From contig NC_043003.1 of the NCBI RefSeq assembly GCF_006345805.1, forward strand, positions 4,030,001-4,094,000: a stretch of DNA of 64,000 bases. The letters are read 5' to 3'. Below the pieces are notes generated by a model. That model made no database searches. It was not told the origin of the DNA and was given only the letters and a program-made list of their open reading frames with translations. The stretch comes from Octopus sinensis. Lineage: Eukaryota. The position numbers and the translations under genes were made by a program. Positions 60,585 to 64,000 of the stretch are shown here, one piece after another. Positions within the stretch are counted from its first letter, which is position 1; each line of letters opens with the position of its first letter.

Positions 60585-62063
60585 GCATGCATATTTGTTT
60601 TGTTGTCTTCTTTCATGGTTTTCATCATCAAAGCTCTGATTTGTGTGTTATTTAATTTTGACTTACATATTTTGTTAATATACATACACTGGATGTATAC
60701 ATCTAAATTGTTCACATACTTATACATACTGTTAAAGTTGCCTTTTACACGTCATCATACACTAATACATGAAACAAAAAAGAAAAGGAAAAAAAAAAGT
60801 TACATCTACAGTTCTACAACTGTACAACATTGACACTCACTCATGTATATATATTTTATGTATATATATTGACACTTTCTTCACAGCAGCTAAAACAGAT
60901 AAAATATGGAATCCGGTCAGTTGTATGAGTGGTGTGAACTGATCAGATGGGAGAAGATCTAATGATATCAAAGTCCAGGTTTGTTAGACTCAATTGGGTC
61001 ATTGAAAACACTGGTCAGACTGGCCAGAGACCACTTTGGTCACTTGACTGTGATGGTCAAACAGCAGTTTTTAGAGACCAGAGTCATTCAGTCCAGTTTA
61101 ACGTGAACAAAACTACTTATGGTCATCTCAAGTCCATAGGTTACAATGGTCTCCGAGACCGCAGTGGTCAAAAAGACTTGTTGAATCTTATGGTGGTCAG
61201 TGGCAGCAATGGTCAGTTAGATGGAGATCTAATAATTGAAAGATGGACAGGTGGTGGGGTGAAAGATCAAAAGGATAAAGGTTCCCCAATTAAAAGTCAG
61301 GCATGAATCGAGAACAGATAAATTGTATTGGAGGGAAAAAACATAGTCCAGTGTCCAGAGATGAGCAGGACAACGGTTGTGGGAGGGAGTTGTTGAATTT
61401 CCCCAAACAATTCTGCTGCTCATTGAGGCATGTTTAACTTAGGACTGTCACCCGATGATGGTGATGCGAGAACCTGCATTCTCTTCCCTCCGGCTGGTAC
61501 TGTGTATGGCTCTGGTGTCAAATATAGAGTAACTGCCTTAGACAAGGAGAATGCACAGCTACACGTTGATGGCAGGAATCGGCTGTGGACCGGACCAAGG
61601 GTCCACTAACTTCAGGGGTGTACAACGATGGGGGAAATGTCACAACGAACATGTGGCTAACTTGATATGGCAGAAGATTTAATGTAGCATTGTTAATTCC
61701 CACCTACAGCAACTGCTACATGAACATGTGGCTGGTTACTCACTCCATGATTGCTGTGCACACACATATAGCTGGTCAGTTGACCATTGTGAGGTTAACT
61801 TGTGACGAGTTTGTATGAAGTTACAATGTGCATGGAGTTTAGCCAGTCACCACATGTAGATAAATGTCTCCACAGGGTGTACAAGTGGACAATAATAATC
61901 TTGTATTTTATAAAAAGGTTTTAAATCTCATCCAAAAGTGTTTCATTTTCGCCAAAAAGTGCCTCTAAACCCATCCATATTAATATAAACACAAAAGAGC
62001 AACCACTTCCAAACCCAAGCAGTAACTCCAGCCCATGTTCTTGGTGGGAGCTGCTGCAATAAA
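59376..62063 (+). other. Probable 3' UTR or downstream region of E74/ELF (true end unknown)
   Basis: Directly follows the stop codon and contains no SINE copies for over 2 kb. An AATAAA lies at 62058-62063, but which poly(A) signal is used cannot be determined. Confidence 0.4.
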
Positions 62064-64000
62064 CCATTTAGAATTTGGTCAGTGTGTGTGTGTGTGTTTT
62101 ATAAATGAAGGTTTTGTATTAAAGTAGAAAAGGAAAATAGGATGCAAATTTTCAGAATATCAAAACTATGTTGAAAGATTAAAAGGTTTTAGTGTAATTC
62201 TTCCCATGTTAACTTATTGGGCCTCCTTCGGTTACCGGACATTTAGACTTGTGTTTATGTGAGAGACATTACAAGAAAGGTTCATATATAACAGAGGTAT
62301 TTTGTGTTAGGGGTTATGTTTATCACATCAAGTGCCAATGAGGTTTCTTTGTTAGGGGGCCACTAAAGTGTCGCGTTAAAAACAAAGCTAACCCCTTACA
62401 ATAATGATGTACTGAAAGTATACTTTTGAATCTGTTGAAAGTTAATTTAAGGATGTCCTTAATTAAGATTTAATTTAGTGGGGGTTAGAACACGTTTGTG
62501 GAATATGCAAATATGATTGCAAACCTCAGGTTTGTAAATTAGCATACTACCCAGAGAAACATGTCTCATGTCTGCTTGATGTTATAAAAGTGCAGTTAAG
62601 GGCTCCCCAAGGTTCATGAAGGGTTTGACTTCCAAAGACACACACACACACACATATACAAGAACATACACACACACAGAGTTGTCATTGAAATATTTTC
62701 TGACCCAACTTTTTATACAAGATGCAGTGATGTTTTTTAGTTTCTCAGCAATTCAAGAATCTTCTAACAGCAAACCTCTCAGTAAACAACATGTCACCTT
62801 GGCTCATACATATTTCTTCTCCATTTTACAATTTATACATCTTTTATTACATTTTTTTCAAACTTTTTTTTAATGAAATTAAACACAAAATTCCTAAAAT
62901 CCCCCCCCCCCCAATTTATAACTGGAATCCAAGTATTCTTCTACCCCAGGGCTAACACATCCCGTTCCAGGCTGATGTCCACCCACCCTCCACTCTGACA
63001 ATTCTTTATTATCCACAGGTGCCTTGTCTTTTAATTCTTTTTGCAGGGTCTGGACCGACATCCAGCCATTTGGCTGTTCTTTTTATGACCATCTATGGCT
63101 CTCCATACAAATACACAGTGATACTTTTATGCGTTACACACACACACACACATGCACAGACACACACCCACACTTAGCTTTTAGTAAGTGTACATGCACA
63201 CATAATTTTTTACCTGCATATATATATATATATATACACCAGATATAAACACTCACACACAGAAGCATTGGATGGTTTTGTTCTGAAATTATTAACCGAG
63301 AGTATCTCTACATGTGTTTCAGTAATGTTAGTAAGACTGGAATCACATAAGGCTACCGTTTCTAATATTAACTCTGATAATGTGTTGACGTACATGATGG
63401 TAGCCCCTGACATCCAGTCACCACTGAAACCTGTATAAAGATGCCAAAGGAACCAATGATTTCTCAACAAAACTGTCCAGCCTTATTATTTCTATGTAGT
63501 TATACTCTGTGGTCTTTGTAATTCAGAAACTAGAAGCAAGAAATTAGGACTAAAATCTGCCAATTCTCTTCATTGGTTTCTCTCTTACACCGTAGAGCCA
63601 CATGAAGTATTCCAAACACTGGTTGTGTATGTCAGGCAGCTTAATTTACATTATGTGTGTGTGTGGTGTGTGTGTGTGTCTAAAATATATATGTGTGTGT
63701 GTACACATAATTCTTTCATATTTTTTTTAGACAAGTATGGAATTATATGCATGTACACATATATATATATTTAAACTTATGTATACATACATATGTATAG
63801 ATATCTACGATTGTATGCATTCATGTGTATATTTATTACACACAATTTTGAAGGTATACACACACACACACACATATATGCATCAATACATACGAACTGA
63901 ACACTTGGTTCTCACATTGGTTATTATTATTATTATTATTATTATTCCACTCAGGTTGATGTTTTTTTTTTCCTTTCATCCTTTTGTGGGGGGGTCAATG

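Overview
AT-rich animal genomic DNA packed with microsatellites and tRNA-headed SINEs. The repeat landscape looks like an octopus or other cephalopod (inference). One 100-N scaffold gap lies at 24883-24982. The only protein-coding gene I can support is a + strand E74/ELF-family ETS transcription factor. Seven coding exons can be traced with canonical AG/GT sites and continuous frame: 49106-49234, 51264-51341, 52453-52545, 53802-53894, 56728-56784, 58259-58451 and 59267-59375 (stop). They encode about 250 aa ending in a complete ETS domain. The first coding exon is not resolved; a CpG-rich promoter-like region at about 28.8-31.4 kb and several candidate first exons are listed. The rest is repeats: several SINE families, RTE and CR1/L2-like LINE ends, a mariner-derived element and hAT MITEs with 8-bp TSDs. 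The most unusual signal is a set of minimal type-I hammerhead-ribozyme motifs of the Penelope-like-element kind. The best example is inside a head-to-head palindromic tRNA-SINE with a 13-bp TSD in the ELF intron (56892-57323), suggesting a Penelope-mobilised, ribozyme-bearing SINE. All calls were made by eye; no database search or folding program was run.
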